Virus record (IMG/VR): IMGVR_UViG_2540341244_000008
Coordinates: 528 to 64,527 of that record
Direction: 5' to 3' (one strand)
Length of the DNA: 64,000 nucleotides
DNA from: a virus
Lineage: Duplodnaviria > Caudoviricetes
Below are positions 8,844-18,883 of this stretch, one piece after another. The notes under the pieces are model-generated. The model was not told the DNA's origin and ran no database searches. It saw only the letters and a list, made by a program, of their open reading frames with translations. A program made the position numbers and the translations under genes. Each line of letters begins with the position of its first letter. Positions within the stretch are counted from its first letter, which is position 1.

Positions 8844-11800
8844 TTTCCCCTGGCCGCTTGGCGCTCGGCGACGATGCGCATTGACCTGAATTCGCCAGCC
8901 ATAGTCTGGAATGCCTGGAGCAGGGCATTGAATCCCGAAGCCGTCACCTGGGTGTTTTGGTTCATGGCGGCCGCCGTCGCCTTGCTGTCCCCGCCTTTGG
9001 CCGCCAGAATCGCCTTGGTTTCATCGGCGTTGTAGACCCTGGCGTCCTTGCCAAACCGCACCAGTTCCGGCCCTTGCTCGCCCACGTAGGCCCATTCGCC
9101 GGCCACTGGATCGCCGCCGGTGGCGTAGCCGGTGAGCGTGGAAAGTGATGACCAGTCGAAGCTGGTAAGCGACGAGGTGTCGATGCCGGCCGTGCTGCCC
9201 AGGCTGGCCAAGGTGGTGGCCTGCGCGGATATCGCAGCGGAAAGGGCGTCACCGATAGACGGGGTCCAGGACATCTTCGAGCCTAGGGCTTCCAGCCCTG
9301 CCTGGATCGATGAGCCCAGCCCATCCAGGCCGGAGCCCAGAAGCTGAAGGTTGGTGTTGACCAGGGTCAGTTGATCAATTTCCGCCTGATTTTGGTTGAC
9401 CACCTTGTACTGCGCGACCAACTGCTCCTGGAGCACATCCAGTTCGGTTTTCGTACTGCTTTGCAGGCTGGTCAGCGTCCCGGTTACATCGCCGTAGATC
9501 TCAAAATACTTCGCTGACATTCCATAATACGACTTGGCAGACTGCAAATAGGTCTGCGAAAAGCTTGTCAGCTTGGAGATGTCGGTTGACCACGTGAGGC
9601 TGCTGGAGTCCTCGCCAGACACTTTCGTTTTAAGCTGTTGATAGTAGGCCGCCTGCTGGTCAAACGTCGTAATCGGCGTGTTCGGAGAAAGGGCGGAACT
9701 CCAGGTGATGGACTGGAGCGTCGAGGTCAGCGTGTCGTAAATGTTCTTGTAGGTGGAGTAGGCCGAGGAAACAGAAGTATTCAGGCCATCCACCATGACG
9801 CGGACGTTTTGGACAGCCGTGATCTCGGCCTTAAGTTGGGCGATACGGGCGCTGTTGATGGTCTGCATCAGGCTTAGCGCCGTGTACTGCTCGTCAGAGA
9901 AGTTGGCCATGTAGCTGGCGGCATTGGCCCAATACGAAAATTGTTCGGCGCTCATGTTCCCGGCGGACATGGCCTCTTTGTATTTGTCCCAGAAATTGTT
10001 GATGTCGACCGACGGGTCGCCGATCTGGGCAATGGCCTCCCCGGATTTGGTGGCGTAGCCGGTCAGGGCGTTGTTGACCTGCTCGGTCGCAGACAAGCCG
10101 TATTTGGCATAGGTTGAGAAGGCGCTGTTGGCCTGATCGTTGCCGCCGAGCAGGTCCGCGACTTGGCTGAACCAGTCGCCTTGGAAAACTACGCTGGTGG
10201 AGTTGGCCAGTTTCTCCAGGCTGGTGCCGGCGGCCAAGGCGGCGATGGTTCCCGTGTTGTAGGCCTCGGAGATGCGTTTGAGCTGGTCGACGTAGACTTC
10301 GCCAGATTTGGCGCAGGCATCAAAGTCCTCTTGGAGCCCGGACGCCTGGATGGCCAAGGACGCCGTGTAGTTGGCCACTGACTTGGCCGCAAAGGAGGCG
10401 TTCTCGCTGTCTATGTCGAAATCGAAGGGGAACGATACGGAGCCCAGGCCAATGGTTGAAAGGCCCATGTTCGTGAGGCCCCGCCATGTCTGGTTGTTGT
10501 AGCTCTCCAGGGCCGAAGAGAAGGCCCGCTCGAGCTCGGGGTCGCCCACTGTGTCGTAGGCTTTGGAATGGCTGGTGCTGGACGAGCCGAACATGCCGCT
10601 GGTGGTGGTCCGGTAGGTATCGTAGCCGGTCTGGCTGATTTTCCCGTTCGTGATGTTGACGGTGACGCCACTGCCGGTCTTTTCGGTCGTCTTGGTTTCG
10701 GAACCGGTCAGGACTGAGCCAAGCAGGCCGCCGACGATGCCGCCGATGGGACCCCCGATGCTCCCGAGCAGCGCCGTTCCGATGGCGCCACCGGCCAGGC
10801 CGCCGAGCGTGCCACCAACGGTTCCTGTGCCGTTGGGGTAGACCAGGGAGGAAATGCCAAAGCCGGTCGCCGCGCCAGTGAGTGCGCCGGATGCGATGGT
10901 CCCAAGGCCGGTGCTGATCCCAGACGATCCGGTCCAGCCGGAAACGTTCTTTCCGGCAAACGCCCCTGCATCCGCTCCGCCGACAGAGCTCGGGACACTG
11001 CCGATACCCAAATTGTCCAGGCCCCAATTGTTGAGCGAGTCCACCCATGATCCGTTAGTGCCTGACTTGAGTAGGTCTGAGGCGTTGAAATTCGTGCCTT
11101 GCTGGGCGGTCTGCGAGTTGACGGCCTGAGCCGTGGAAGAGCCGCCGGAGCTTCCCGTAACCATCGTCACGGCCTCGCTTGGGCTCATACCGAGGGCAAC
11201 CAGCTTGGCGGCTGTCGTTGCATCCGTGGAGGAAAGGCCGGAAAGGGCGCTCGTGTAGCTGGAGGCATCCCATACGTTGCCGCCAGTCGGAGCAGACCAG
11301 AAAGAAGACACGGCCGGGTTGGCTTGGGTGATATTCGAGGTATTCCAGGCGAGAGACGTATTGTCCCCGGTCAGCGCAGAATAGATCCCGCCCCGCGTAT
11401 CGATTTTGGAAAGGATCGACTGCGCGCCGAGCTGGCCGAAGTTCACCCCGAGCAAGCCATAGGATGAGGCGGCCGAGGCGACGGAACGGGTCGCCTCTTC
11501 GCCTGCGGCGCCGTATCCGGCGGTTGGGGTGTGCAGCACGTCCTGCATCTCGTTTCCGAGCCGGCGCTTGACGCTGGCCTGGACGTTGGCCGGCGATGAA
11601 CGCCAGTATTCCAGCGAGTCGCCGGCACCCTTCATACGCTCGGCGTAGACCGCCCGGATAAGGTCTTCCCGACCCAGGGTGGACAGGTCCATGCCGCCAA
11701 GGGAACTATCAAGAATTTTGTTCGCGCCGCCGACGCCGTGGGCGTTGGCCATGGCCATGACCATTTCGCGCACACCCGGATCATCGCCCTGGTAGCCCAT

Positions 11801-14800
11801 GGTTCCCAGGTGGGACGCTACGGGCTTGTAGAACTTGTCTGTGGCAAATGACTCCTGGGCCTGCTGGAAGGCCGAATCCTGGCCCCTGGACTTCCACCAG
11901 TCCTTGAACTCTTGCGAATTGATGGTGGGGTGGTCAGTGTATCCGGACACCTTCAAGAATTCGTTCAGGGAACCTCGAACGGAAGAAAGCTGATATTTAC
12001 CATAGCTGACGCCGCCCGGGTCGCCCCATTTGTCGCCCGAGGACACAAGGCCGTAGTTCCCGCCGGATTCATATTTCCCGGCGATGGATCCCAGGGCTTT
12101 GGCGGCCTCATGGACGGGCGCAACCGCCTGTTCGAACGTAGCGGGCTGAAACGACGGCACACCCTGCTTGAGCCAACCCAAGAGGGATTCATTCGTCTGG
12201 CTCGTCGTCGCCTGTGCCGCAATGCCCCTGGCCGCACCTTCCACCGTTTTCTGGGCCGTGCTCACCGAGCTCGTGCCGGCGATCTGGTCCATCATGGGCT
12301 TAAACAGGTTGCTCTTGCCCCACGAAAAGGCGAGGTCCACGCCGAACTGGATGATCTGGCGCCGAAGGCTGGCCAGGGTGTTTTTAAGCGTGTCCTCGGC
12401 TTTCTTGCCGTCGAAAAAACCGTCCAGAATGTCCACAGAGCCGGACTTGAGCGTGTCGAAATAGCCGGTGGCGAATCCTTTGAGGTCGTTCCAGTAGTCG
12501 GCCCATTCGGCCAGTTCGCGGCTATGCGCGCCCTGGTACAGGCCGGACTCGATGACGAGTTGCCCGCGCAGGAAATCCGTGAAGCTGGTCGCGTAAGCCT
12601 GCCGGGATTCCAGTTCCTGCCGGGCAATCTCTTCGGAGCGTTGAGCCGCGTAGACGCGCAGGGCGATCTGGTCGGCCCCGGCCTTGCGGAAGTCCTCAAC
12701 CTCCCGGGCCAAGGCGGCGCGCTGGGTGTCGAAGGCCGTGCCATTGACGCTTTCGAGCCCCTTGTAGGACGCCTGCCAAGCCTCGCGGGCTTTGAGGGTG
12801 TAGGCCTGATCAACGAGGTCCCGACTGATACCCAAGGACGCGGCTTGCTTGAGGTCGTCTTGATACTGAGCCTTGAGCTTGAACATGGCCCCCTGGTAGG
12901 AGGCCTCTGGGGAGCCGGTCAGGCGGCCGAGGTCGGAGAGGAGGTCGCCAGCCGTGGAGAGGGTGTCCTTCCATTTGTCGAGTTCGAGGCGGGCGTCCTC
13001 AATCCGACTCTTTTCCTGGATCCAGTAACGCCCTGTGGCTTCCAGCGTCTCTTTGCCTTCCCCTTTATAGCTGGCAATGCGGTCGCGTAGTTGGGCGAGT
13101 TCGTTTTCGGTGTCTCGCAGGGCCTTGAGGCCGGCGGAGGCATATTTGTCCCCGGAAAGGCCGGCAATCTCCGCCCTGACGCTGGTCCCCAAGCCCTCAA
13201 TGGCGCGGCGAACGTCGTCATCGGCCTTGAGAAGCTGGTTTCTGACCTGGACCAGCTTCTGGTCAGCTTCAGCCAGGCCCCGTTCGGCATCAGCCAGCAT
13301 CTGGTTGTCGCCGATCTCCTGGGCAAGGGACCGTGCCTTTTCAAGCTTCGTCCGCTCACCTGTCCATGTGTCGGTGGCGTAGGAAAGTTGCCCAGTGGTG
13401 GACTGGAACCCCTTGTTGCGATCCAGGAAGGGGATCATAAAATTTTGGAGGTCCAGGACGGATTCGGTGCGTTTGCCGTTATAAAGGCGTTCGAGCTCGC
13501 CTTCTGGAATGACAGAACCAGAGGTATTGTAGTTTTTTTCGCTGGGAATATATCCCCAGTTGTTCATGAGCCATTCTTTTCTTTCTCTTTCAGTTCCTGC
13601 TTTTGCAGCGTCAACCATCTGTTGCCGCTCATAAAACGATGACGATACAAACGTGTCCCAATCAATCTTTCCCTGGGCAGATAGTTTTGATCCTTCGCCC
13701 ATGGTGCCCATTACCGACCTGAGCCCGGCATATTTGGCCACTTCCGCCATAGCCTTGGCTACATTCCCGAGACTCTCCCCCCATTGTTTCATGCTCTCCT
13801 GAAAGGTGGGGTCTTTCACCGTGGCTGTGAAATCCTTGACCGCCGTCGTAGCCCCTTCGACCGTTGCCGCGTACCCTGGCTGCATCCCCTCGCCCAGGGT
13901 CGTCTTGAAGTCCTCCCAATACCGCTGCAGGGACAGTGCCTGCTTGCCGGCCGTGCCCATGGCGGCTTCGTAGGTGCCGGCTATGGTCCGGGTCGCCTCC
14001 ATGGTGGCGTTTGCCCGGGCCTGCATCTTCTCGTTCTCGGTCAGAGCCTCCGTCGTGGTGTGCAGGGTCGCAGCCAGCTTCTGGTAGGAGACATCGAAAT
14101 TGACGTTGATCCCCATGGTGCGCAACATCTCGGGCTGCGCGGTCTGGATGGCCGTCGTCATGCGCCCGAAGGCTTCCGAGGAGTTGATGCCGGCGATGAC
14201 CGCCGCGTCCTGTGCGGCCCTGGAGAGTTTCGCCGCATTGCCCAAGTCCATATGCCCCTGGACCATTTGCGCGAGGGACTGGCGCGAGGCGTTCATGGAG
14301 ATCCCGGAACGCTGCAGGGACCGCTCGAGCTCGTTGAGATAACCGGTCGCATAGCCGGCATTCTCTCCTACGGTCTTGAGCACAACCCCCAGGGTGTCAT
14401 AGCGGGCGGCAAGCTGGGCGGATTCTGAGAGGAGCTGCGTGACGCCACGGAGGGTGACATAGGCCCCGGCCAGTGCCGTAACCTGTGTCACAAGCGAACC
14501 AAGGGACTGGTTGAGCAAGGAGACGCTATTGCTCGACTCGCGCATCTGCGCGGCCATCTGAACGGCACGGTCGCCGACGGCCTTGATTTCCCGCTGCGAA
14601 AGGCCCTGGACCTTGGCAAGCTCCTCGTGGGCCTTGCGGTAGGCGTCGATTGCCCCGACGGCTCCCTTTAAGACGTCTTGTTGGGCATAACGAATGTTGA
14701 GTTGCGCCTGCTGTTCGGCCGATCGCTGGGTGCTGACCGTGAGCGCGTCCATGGACCGCCCGAGAGCGTCAACGTTCGCTTTTGCGCCTGTGGTCTCTAT

Positions 14801-14821
14801 GTCAACGCGGTATCCGGCCAT
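8840..14821 (-). CDS. Tape measure protein with internal muramidase-like domain
   Basis: ~1990 aa Ala/Gly/Ser-rich helical protein; C-terminal GYATGG..VGEQGPEL; likely start MAGYRVDIE at 14821. Confidence 0.9.
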   Translation of the reverse strand: MAGYRVDIETTGAKANVDALGRSMDALTVSTQRSAEQQAQLNIRYAQQDVLKGAVGAIDAYRKAHEELAKVQGLSQREIKAVGDRAVQMAAQMRESSNSVSLLNQSLGSLVTQVTALAGAYVTLRGVTQLLSESAQLAARYDTLGVVLKTVGENAGYATGYLNELERSLQRSGISMNASRQSLAQMVQGHMDLGNAAKLSRAAQDAAVIAGINSSEAFGRMTTAIQTAQPEMLRTMGINVNFDVSYQKLAATLHTTTEALTENEKMQARANATMEATRTIAGTYEAAMGTAGKQALSLQRYWEDFKTTLGEGMQPGYAATVEGATTAVKDFTATVKDPTFQESMKQWGESLGNVAKAMAEVAKYAGLRSVMGTMGEGSKLSAQGKIDWDTFVSSSFYERQQMVDAAKAGTERERKEWLMNNWGYIPSEKNYNTSGSVIPEGELERLYNGKRTESVLDLQNFMIPFLDRNKGFQSTTGQLSYATDTWTGERTKLEKARSLAQEIGDNQMLADAERGLAEADQKLVQVRNQLLKADDDVRRAIEGLGTSVRAEIAGLSGDKYASAGLKALRDTENELAQLRDRIASYKGEGKETLEATGRYWIQEKSRIEDARLELDKWKDTLSTAGDLLSDLGRLTGSPEASYQGAMFKLKAQYQDDLKQAASLGISRDLVDQAYTLKAREAWQASYKGLESVNGTAFDTQRAALAREVEDFRKAGADQIALRVYAAQRSEEIARQELESRQAYATSFTDFLRGQLVIESGLYQGAHSRELAEWADYWNDLKGFATGYFDTLKSGSVDILDGFFDGKKAEDTLKNTLASLRRQIIQFGVDLAFSWGKSNLFKPMMDQIAGTSSVSTAQKTVEGAARGIAAQATTSQTNESLLGWLKQGVPSFQPATFEQAVAPVHEAAKALGSIAGKYESGGNYGLVSSGDKWGDPGGVSYGKYQLSSVRGSLNEFLKVSGYTDHPTINSQEFKDWWKSRGQDSAFQQAQESFATDKFYKPVASHLGTMGYQGDDPGVREMVMAMANAHGVGGANKILDSSLGGMDLSTLGREDLIRAVYAERMKGAGDSLEYWRSSPANVQASVKRRLGNEMQDVLHTPTAGYGAAGEEATRSVASAASSYGLLGVNFGQLGAQSILSKIDTRGGIYSALTGDNTSLAWNTSNITQANPAVSSFWSAPTGGNVWDASSYTSALSGLSSTDATTAAKLVALGMSPSEAVTMVTGSSGGSSTAQAVNSQTAQQGTNFNASDLLKSGTNGSWVDSLNNWGLDNLGIGSVPSSVGGADAGAFAGKNVSGWTGSSGISTGLGTIASGALTGAATGFGISSLVYPNGTGTVGGTLGGLAGGAIGTALLGSIGGPIGGIVGGLLGSVLTGSETKTTEKTGSGVTVNITNGKISQTGYDTYRTTTSGMFGSSSTSHSKAYDTVGDPELERAFSSALESYNNQTWRGLTNMGLSTIGLGSVSFPFDFDIDSENASFAAKSVANYTASLAIQASGLQEDFDACAKSGEVYVDQLKRISEAYNTGTIAALAAGTSLEKLANSTSVVFQGDWFSQVADLLGGNDQANSAFSTYAKYGLSATEQVNNALTGYATKSGEAIAQIGDPSVDINNFWDKYKEAMSAGNMSAEQFSYWANAASYMANFSDEQYTALSLMQTINSARIAQLKAEITAVQNVRVMVDGLNTSVSSAYSTYKNIYDTLTSTLQSITWSSALSPNTPITTFDQQAAYYQQLKTKVSGEDSSSLTWSTDISKLTSFSQTYLQSAKSYYGMSAKYFEIYGDVTGTLTSLQSSTKTELDVLQEQLVAQYKVVNQNQAEIDQLTLVNTNLQLLGSGLDGLGSSIQAGLEALGSKMSWTPSIGDALSAAISAQATTLASLGSTAGIDTSSLTSFDWSSLSTLTGYATGGDPVAGEWAYVGEQGPELVRFGKDARVYNADETKAILAAKGGDSKATAAAMNQNTQVTASGFNALLQAFQTMAGEFRSMRIVAERQAARGN

Positions 14822-14841
14822 CGCTGGATGCTGCCCGCCCC

Positions 14842-14879
14842 TATGAGCATCCGCCGCCCTTTCGATGAAACAATCTCGG
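14842..14879 (-). promoter_or_regulatory. Putative late-promoter motif, copy 3 (tape measure module)
   Basis: + strand TATGAGCATCCGCCGCCCTTTCGATGAAACAATCTCGG aligns ungapped with 25840 and 41958. Confidence 0.75.
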
Positions 14880-14918
14880 CTCGGGCCAACCCTGGTTTGG
14901 CAGGAGGGTGCCAAGCCG

Positions 14919-14956
14919 GCGGGACATGCGCCGCCCCTGGGGTGCGAAAACTTCCA
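14919..14956 (-). promoter_or_regulatory. Degenerate tandem copy of the late-promoter motif
   Basis: CATGCGCCGCCC-CTGG-GGTGCGAAAA matches core and spacing, but the -10 reads CATGTC. Confidence 0.45.
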
Positions 14957-15305
14957 GCCGGGGCTAGGCCAACGATGACGGCCAGGGCGGACATGGGCCA
15001 TTAGGTCGGTGGGAAAATGGGAAAACGGAAAATGGTAAGGGTTTGAAAAGGAATGGCGATGTTTAGTAAACATTAATTATATTGAATGGATAACCGGCCA
15101 TGCAGAGCGACACCGCTTAGCCGTTCTGGCCTCGCCTGAGCAATCAAGAACTAGCTTGTCAAGGGTTTTGGCTTGGTTCTGCTTCAGGTAAATTTTAAGC
15201 ATTTCGGTTTGATATGGACTTTTGTAATAAATTAATTTGACCAAGTGCGTTTTGGCAGTATATTAGGTCTGACTCAGGCAATGAGAGAGTGAACTGAGGG
15301 GCTAG

Positions 15306-15866
15306 ATGGAAACTGGAAATATTTTTGGCATGGATCTCGCAAGTATTACGGAGGCGAGCCTTGCCGAGGTCAAGGCAGAATGGTTGTCTGAAAATGTCTG
15401 CGATGAAGATGACCTTTCGCGATTCGATTACGAACAACTTTTTGACCTCATCGAGTCGTCTCATGCCTATGGACCGCTCAATTCAAAGTATAATTCTTCC
15501 GTTTTTTTCTTTCTTGTCGGCGACGGAAAATGTCACGCCATCGTCGAATTAGTGCAATCAAAGAAAGGAAGAGATATCTGGGTCAAGGTGATTGATATTT
15601 ATATTTCGCCGGAAATCGAATTTTGCCAGGATGTCTTTTCTGGCATTCAGAAGCGATCGGACGTTTTCGCGGCGGTTGTGGTCGGTGTTTTTGCAATGTT
15701 CGGTGAAGGAGTAGGCACTGTAAAGGTCTACGGACGATCTGACAACCTTATGAACTTTCTTCGGATTGTTCATTCGTCAATGAGCGCTAGAGACATTGAG
15801 AGGAAAACGGGGATATCGACCTCGATACAAGGAAGATGGCTCGTTTTTCAAGGCGCAACGAAATGA
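15306..15866 (+). CDS. Moron hypothetical protein (alpha/beta)
   Basis: Lower GC, GAGGGG RBS, opposite strand to the structural genes. Confidence 0.7.
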   Translation: METGNIFGMDLASITEASLAEVKAEWLSENVCDEDDLSRFDYEQLFDLIESSHAYGPLNSKYNSSVFFFLVGDGKCHAIVELVQSKKGRDIWVKVIDIYISPEIEFCQDVFSGIQKRSDVFAAVVVGVFAMFGEGVGTVKVYGRSDNLMNFLRIVHSSMSARDIERKTGISTSIQGRWLVFQGATK

Positions 15867-15877
15867 AGGGGGACGCT

Positions 15878-16057
15878 ATGATAGGGGCCAAGAAGGAGTC
15901 TTTGCGGGAGTTGTATCTTAGGAACAAAGACATTGTTGACAGCATCATCCGCGAATCAGTTGGCGATGCAGCTTTCAAGCTTGGCCAAGACAATATGCTC
16001 GCTCTTTTTTCATTAAAAGACAGCCAAATTCAAATTGTTTCAAAACGTGCGGCCTAA
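15878..16057 (+). CDS. Small hypothetical protein
   Basis: AAGGGGG RBS, directly after 15306 ORF, followed by a terminator. Confidence 0.55.
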   Translation: MIGAKKESLRELYLRNKDIVDSIIRESVGDAAFKLGQDNMLALFSLKDSQIQIVSKRAA

Positions 16058-16110
16058 AATGTGATGGCTGCGCCTGGACCATCACTTGATGGTCCAATTT
16101 GAGGATTGTC

Positions 16111-16139
16111 AAAGCCCCTGCCCACGCGGGGGCTTTTTT
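16111..16139 (+). terminator. Intrinsic terminator
   Basis: AAAGCCCCTGC..GCGGGGGCTTTTTT. Confidence 0.8.
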
Positions 16140-16201
16140 GCGCCCGTCCTTGCCCCCGCTAACGGTTGTCTGGTACCGGAGCCCGGAAAGGGGAGGGCGT
16201 T

Positions 16202-16693
16202 ATGCCACTCATCAAATGCCCGGACTGTGGGCGCGAGGTGTCGGAGAAGGCGGAGGCTTGCCCGGGGTGTGGGCGAAGGATGCTTAAAAAATCCTCTGGG
16301 ATGGGGTGTTTTCTCCTGTTGTTGATAATTTTAACAATTGTCGTGGTAAGGTATGTTTCAAGCTCAGATGAAAAGGTTCAGCCAATCGTCGTAGAATCTG
16401 GGGAGTTGTCATCTGCGTACCCATCGTTAAAAGGGAAGCTGTTTTTTGTTAAGGACAAAGGAGGTCGTGTTGTTCAGGATAAATTTGAAAATTTACAAAA
16501 TCTTGCTGAAGAATGGAAAGGTAGTCTCGATACGCTTATGATATGCAGGAAGAACCAGGATGCTTTTTGCATTGGCAGAAAACAGGTAGACATAGAGATG
16601 TTTAATAACAAAATGGAGAGATATGACAGTGACGATGTAGCGTTCATGAAAGACAAGGTCTATGAGAACACGTATATAAGACGGAAGCAATGA
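16202..16693 (+). CDS. Zinc-ribbon membrane protein
   Basis: CPDC..CPGC, one TM segment, GGGAGGG RBS. Confidence 0.75.
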   Translation: MPLIKCPDCGREVSEKAEACPGCGRRMLKKSSGMGCFLLLLIILTIVVVRYVSSSDEKVQPIVVESGELSSAYPSLKGKLFFVKDKGGRVVQDKFENLQNLAEEWKGSLDTLMICRKNQDAFCIGRKQVDIEMFNNKMERYDSDDVAFMKDKVYENTYIRRKQ

Positions 16694-16758
16694 TCGCCCC
16701 CATCTTTTCGTGGGACTTCTTTTTTTCTTGACGCCCTGGAAAATTTGCGCGGGCCGAG

Positions 16759-16787
16759 TTGACAATTCGCGCAATCTGGATTACCTA
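16759..16787 (+). promoter_or_regulatory. Sigma70 promoter for arc-like/antirepressor operon
   Basis: Perfect TTGACA, weak -10 (TTACCT/TACCTA). Confidence 0.5.
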
Positions 16788-16806
16788 AGAAATTAGGGAG
16801 GCACAC

Positions 16807-16956
16807 ATGGGCGAAATGGTTTTCAATATTAAGAAGTTCCCGGCTGACCTTCACCACGAGGCGAAGATTGCAGCACTCAAGGGAGGAAAGACCCTCAGGG
16901 ACTGGATAATCGAAGCAGTCAAGGAGAAGTTGGAGCGGTCACAGGAAGCAAAATAA
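16807..16956 (+). CDS. Arc-like ribbon-helix-helix repressor, 49 aa (absent from ORF track)
   Basis: MGEMVFNIKKFPADLHHEAKIAALKGGKTLRDWIIEAVKEKLERSQEAK; GGGAGG RBS. Confidence 0.75.
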   Translation: MGEMVFNIKKFPADLHHEAKIAALKGGKTLRDWIIEAVKEKLERSQEAK

Positions 16957-17031
16957 GCGGCCCCGGCCGGTGCTGGTAACACCGAACCGAGGCCTAACCA
17001 CAAACGACCTTACTAGGAGGTTGTCATGGCT
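16950..17031 (-). ncRNA. Sar-like antisense RNA covering the antirepressor RBS and start codon
   Basis: Minus-strand TTGCCG-17bp-TAAACT (17066-17038); terminal hairpin 16959-16994 with UUACCAG loop. Confidence 0.65.
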
Positions 17032-18009
17032 CAGGCAAGTTTAACCGATTCAGGTTCTGCCGGCAACGGCTCCCAGGGCCTCATGCCCGTCCTGTCTCTC
17101 GTCAACGGCAAGCCCCGGGCTTCGTCCCTCGGCATCGCCGAGCATTTCAAGAAGCGGCACGATAACGTGCTGCGTTCGATCACCCAGACCTGTCACGACC
17201 TGCCAAGCAATTTTTGTGCCCTCAATTTTGAGGAGACATCAATCACTGTGCCCGGCCCTAAGGGCGGCACTCGCCAAGAGCGCGCCTACCTCATGACCCG
17301 CGACGGCTTCACGCTGATCGTGATGAGTTTCACCGGCAAGGAGGCGATGACCTGGAAGCTGCGGTACATTGAAGCCTTCAACGCGATGGAAGCTGAGCTT
17401 TCGCGGCAGCAGTCTTGCTCCGCCCTCACCACTATCACCCCTTCCCAGCAGCAAGAGCTTCAAAACATCGTGGCGGCCAAGGCGTCGGCCTATCCGAAGG
17501 AGGCCCTGGGCCGCGTCCGGGCGCAACTCTGGTCGCGCCTGCACAACAAGTTCAAGGTGGCCAAGTACGACCAACTTCCGACCGGATCGTTCCCTGAGGC
17601 CGTGGAGTATCTGGTGGGGCTGGCGGTGCGCGGGGCGTTCCCGGAGGTGCTGCCGGAGGCCGAACAGGTCAAGGCCCTGCCGGCCCTTCGCCGTCGCGCC
17701 TCCCTGGACGATTACCGCGACCTGTTCCGCGCATTGCCCGAAAGCCCGGCCTATTGGGATTCCCTTCGCGCCCGACTCTTTGCCGCCTCGGAAGCCTTTG
17801 CCAAAGAGCTTGCCACCATCCACGACGAAGCCACTCGGCCATTCCGCGTGAAGCGCAAGCATGAGGTGCGCACCTACTTCGACGCGGCCATAGCCCCGAT
17901 CTCCTGCCTTTTTGAGGATGCCGAACAGGCTCACAGCATGGCCTACCGGAGCGTGTACAACGCCCTGGAGGGTTGCCAAAGCGTGTGGCGCTTGCTGCGG
18001 ATCGGGTAG
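17026..18009 (+). CDS. Rha-family antirepressor/regulatory protein
   Basis: SLGIAEHFKKRHDNVLR, YLMTRDGF, KLRYIEAFNAME; central antirepressor C-terminal-like domain. Confidence 0.9.
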   Translation: MAQASLTDSGSAGNGSQGLMPVLSLVNGKPRASSLGIAEHFKKRHDNVLRSITQTCHDLPSNFCALNFEETSITVPGPKGGTRQERAYLMTRDGFTLIVMSFTGKEAMTWKLRYIEAFNAMEAELSRQQSCSALTTITPSQQQELQNIVAAKASAYPKEALGRVRAQLWSRLHNKFKVAKYDQLPTGSFPEAVEYLVGLAVRGAFPEVLPEAEQVKALPALRRRASLDDYRDLFRALPESPAYWDSLRARLFAASEAFAKELATIHDEATRPFRVKRKHEVRTYFDAAIAPISCLFEDAEQAHSMAYRSVYNALEGCQSVWRLLRIG

Positions 18010-18017
18010 GGGAGGGC

Positions 18018-18152
18018 ATGACCATGAGCGATCCCAAGCGTATCGACGAGGATTTGGCCCTGATTCTGGCGATGATGGAAATTAACTGCGTTCTGGCCGG
18101 GCAGCGCGAGGAGCGGCGGCAAGGGCCGGCCCCGGAGGTGGTGGCGGCGTAG
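18018..18152 (+). CDS. Small hypothetical protein, 44 aa
   Basis: GGGGAGGG RBS; followed by hairpin 18161-18190. Confidence 0.5.
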   Translation: MTMSDPKRIDEDLALILAMMEINCVLAGQREERRQGPAPEVVAA

Positions 18153-18310
18153 GGCAAGGACGGGGGGCGTGAATTGCTCGCCCCCCTGTTGTTATCACTT
18201 TAAATAATTTGGATGCTTCCTTTCAATCTATTGGGGCCGAGCGAAGACATTCGCTCGCTCTTGTTGATTGCTATAAAAATCAAGCAAAAAACATTGCATT
18301 GCAAATATTG

Positions 18311-18883
18311 TTAGTGTTTTGTTGGCAGGGAATAAAATATTGCTATGCACCAACCGGCTAGTAGCATTTTTAGTAAGAGATATCGCATCTTGTGAACGTT
18401 TATATGGTCTGTTAATTCAGAGCCATTAATCTTGTTTTTTCCTATCTTATTGATGCCTATTGTTTTTTGTATGGCAATAATCCAATGAAGTGATTTATTT
18501 TGAAAGGCTTTATGGTTGTCTGCCAATACTAGCCATGCAAAATATATCGATATAGAAGCAATGGCAAGTAATATTGTGTATATAAAATGTAGGCTGTTGG
18601 CAGATGGGAATATGGCAAAAGGGGAAAATGACAATGGGATCATTATTGATCCTGTTGTCCAAATCCTGTTGTTGTCAGATATGAATTGTTGAACGTAGTG
18701 ATTATAAAGATTCTCTAGCCATTTGTGATATTCAGGGCCACATTCTTTACGCATGTTATTAAGTTCTTGTAGATGACTATTTATTTCACCAGTGTCAAGA
18801 TTGTCGCTTGGTATGTTCGAATTCCAAAGTATCTTTATGATTTTCCAAAAATTGCTGAACTTGATTTTCATTTGACCAAACAT
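18311..18883 (-). CDS. AT-rich multi-pass membrane protein (moron)
   Basis: Very low GC, GGAG RBS, about 3 hydrophobic segments. Confidence 0.7.
   Translation of the reverse strand: MFGQMKIKFSNFWKIIKILWNSNIPSDNLDTGEINSHLQELNNMRKECGPEYHKWLENLYNHYVQQFISDNNRIWTTGSIMIPLSFSPFAIFPSANSLHFIYTILLAIASISIYFAWLVLADNHKAFQNKSLHWIIAIQKTIGINKIGKNKINGSELTDHINVHKMRYLLLKMLLAGWCIAIFYSLPTKH

Noticed and set aside
15010-15036. GGAAAATG/GGAAAACG short tandem repeats
   Set aside because: Only three imperfect units without spacers; not CRISPR-like and no function supportable
14822-15073. 84-aa N-terminal extension of the tape measure ORF in the track
   Set aside because: Not protein-like and it spans the late-promoter motif; MAGYRVDIE at 14821 is the plausible start
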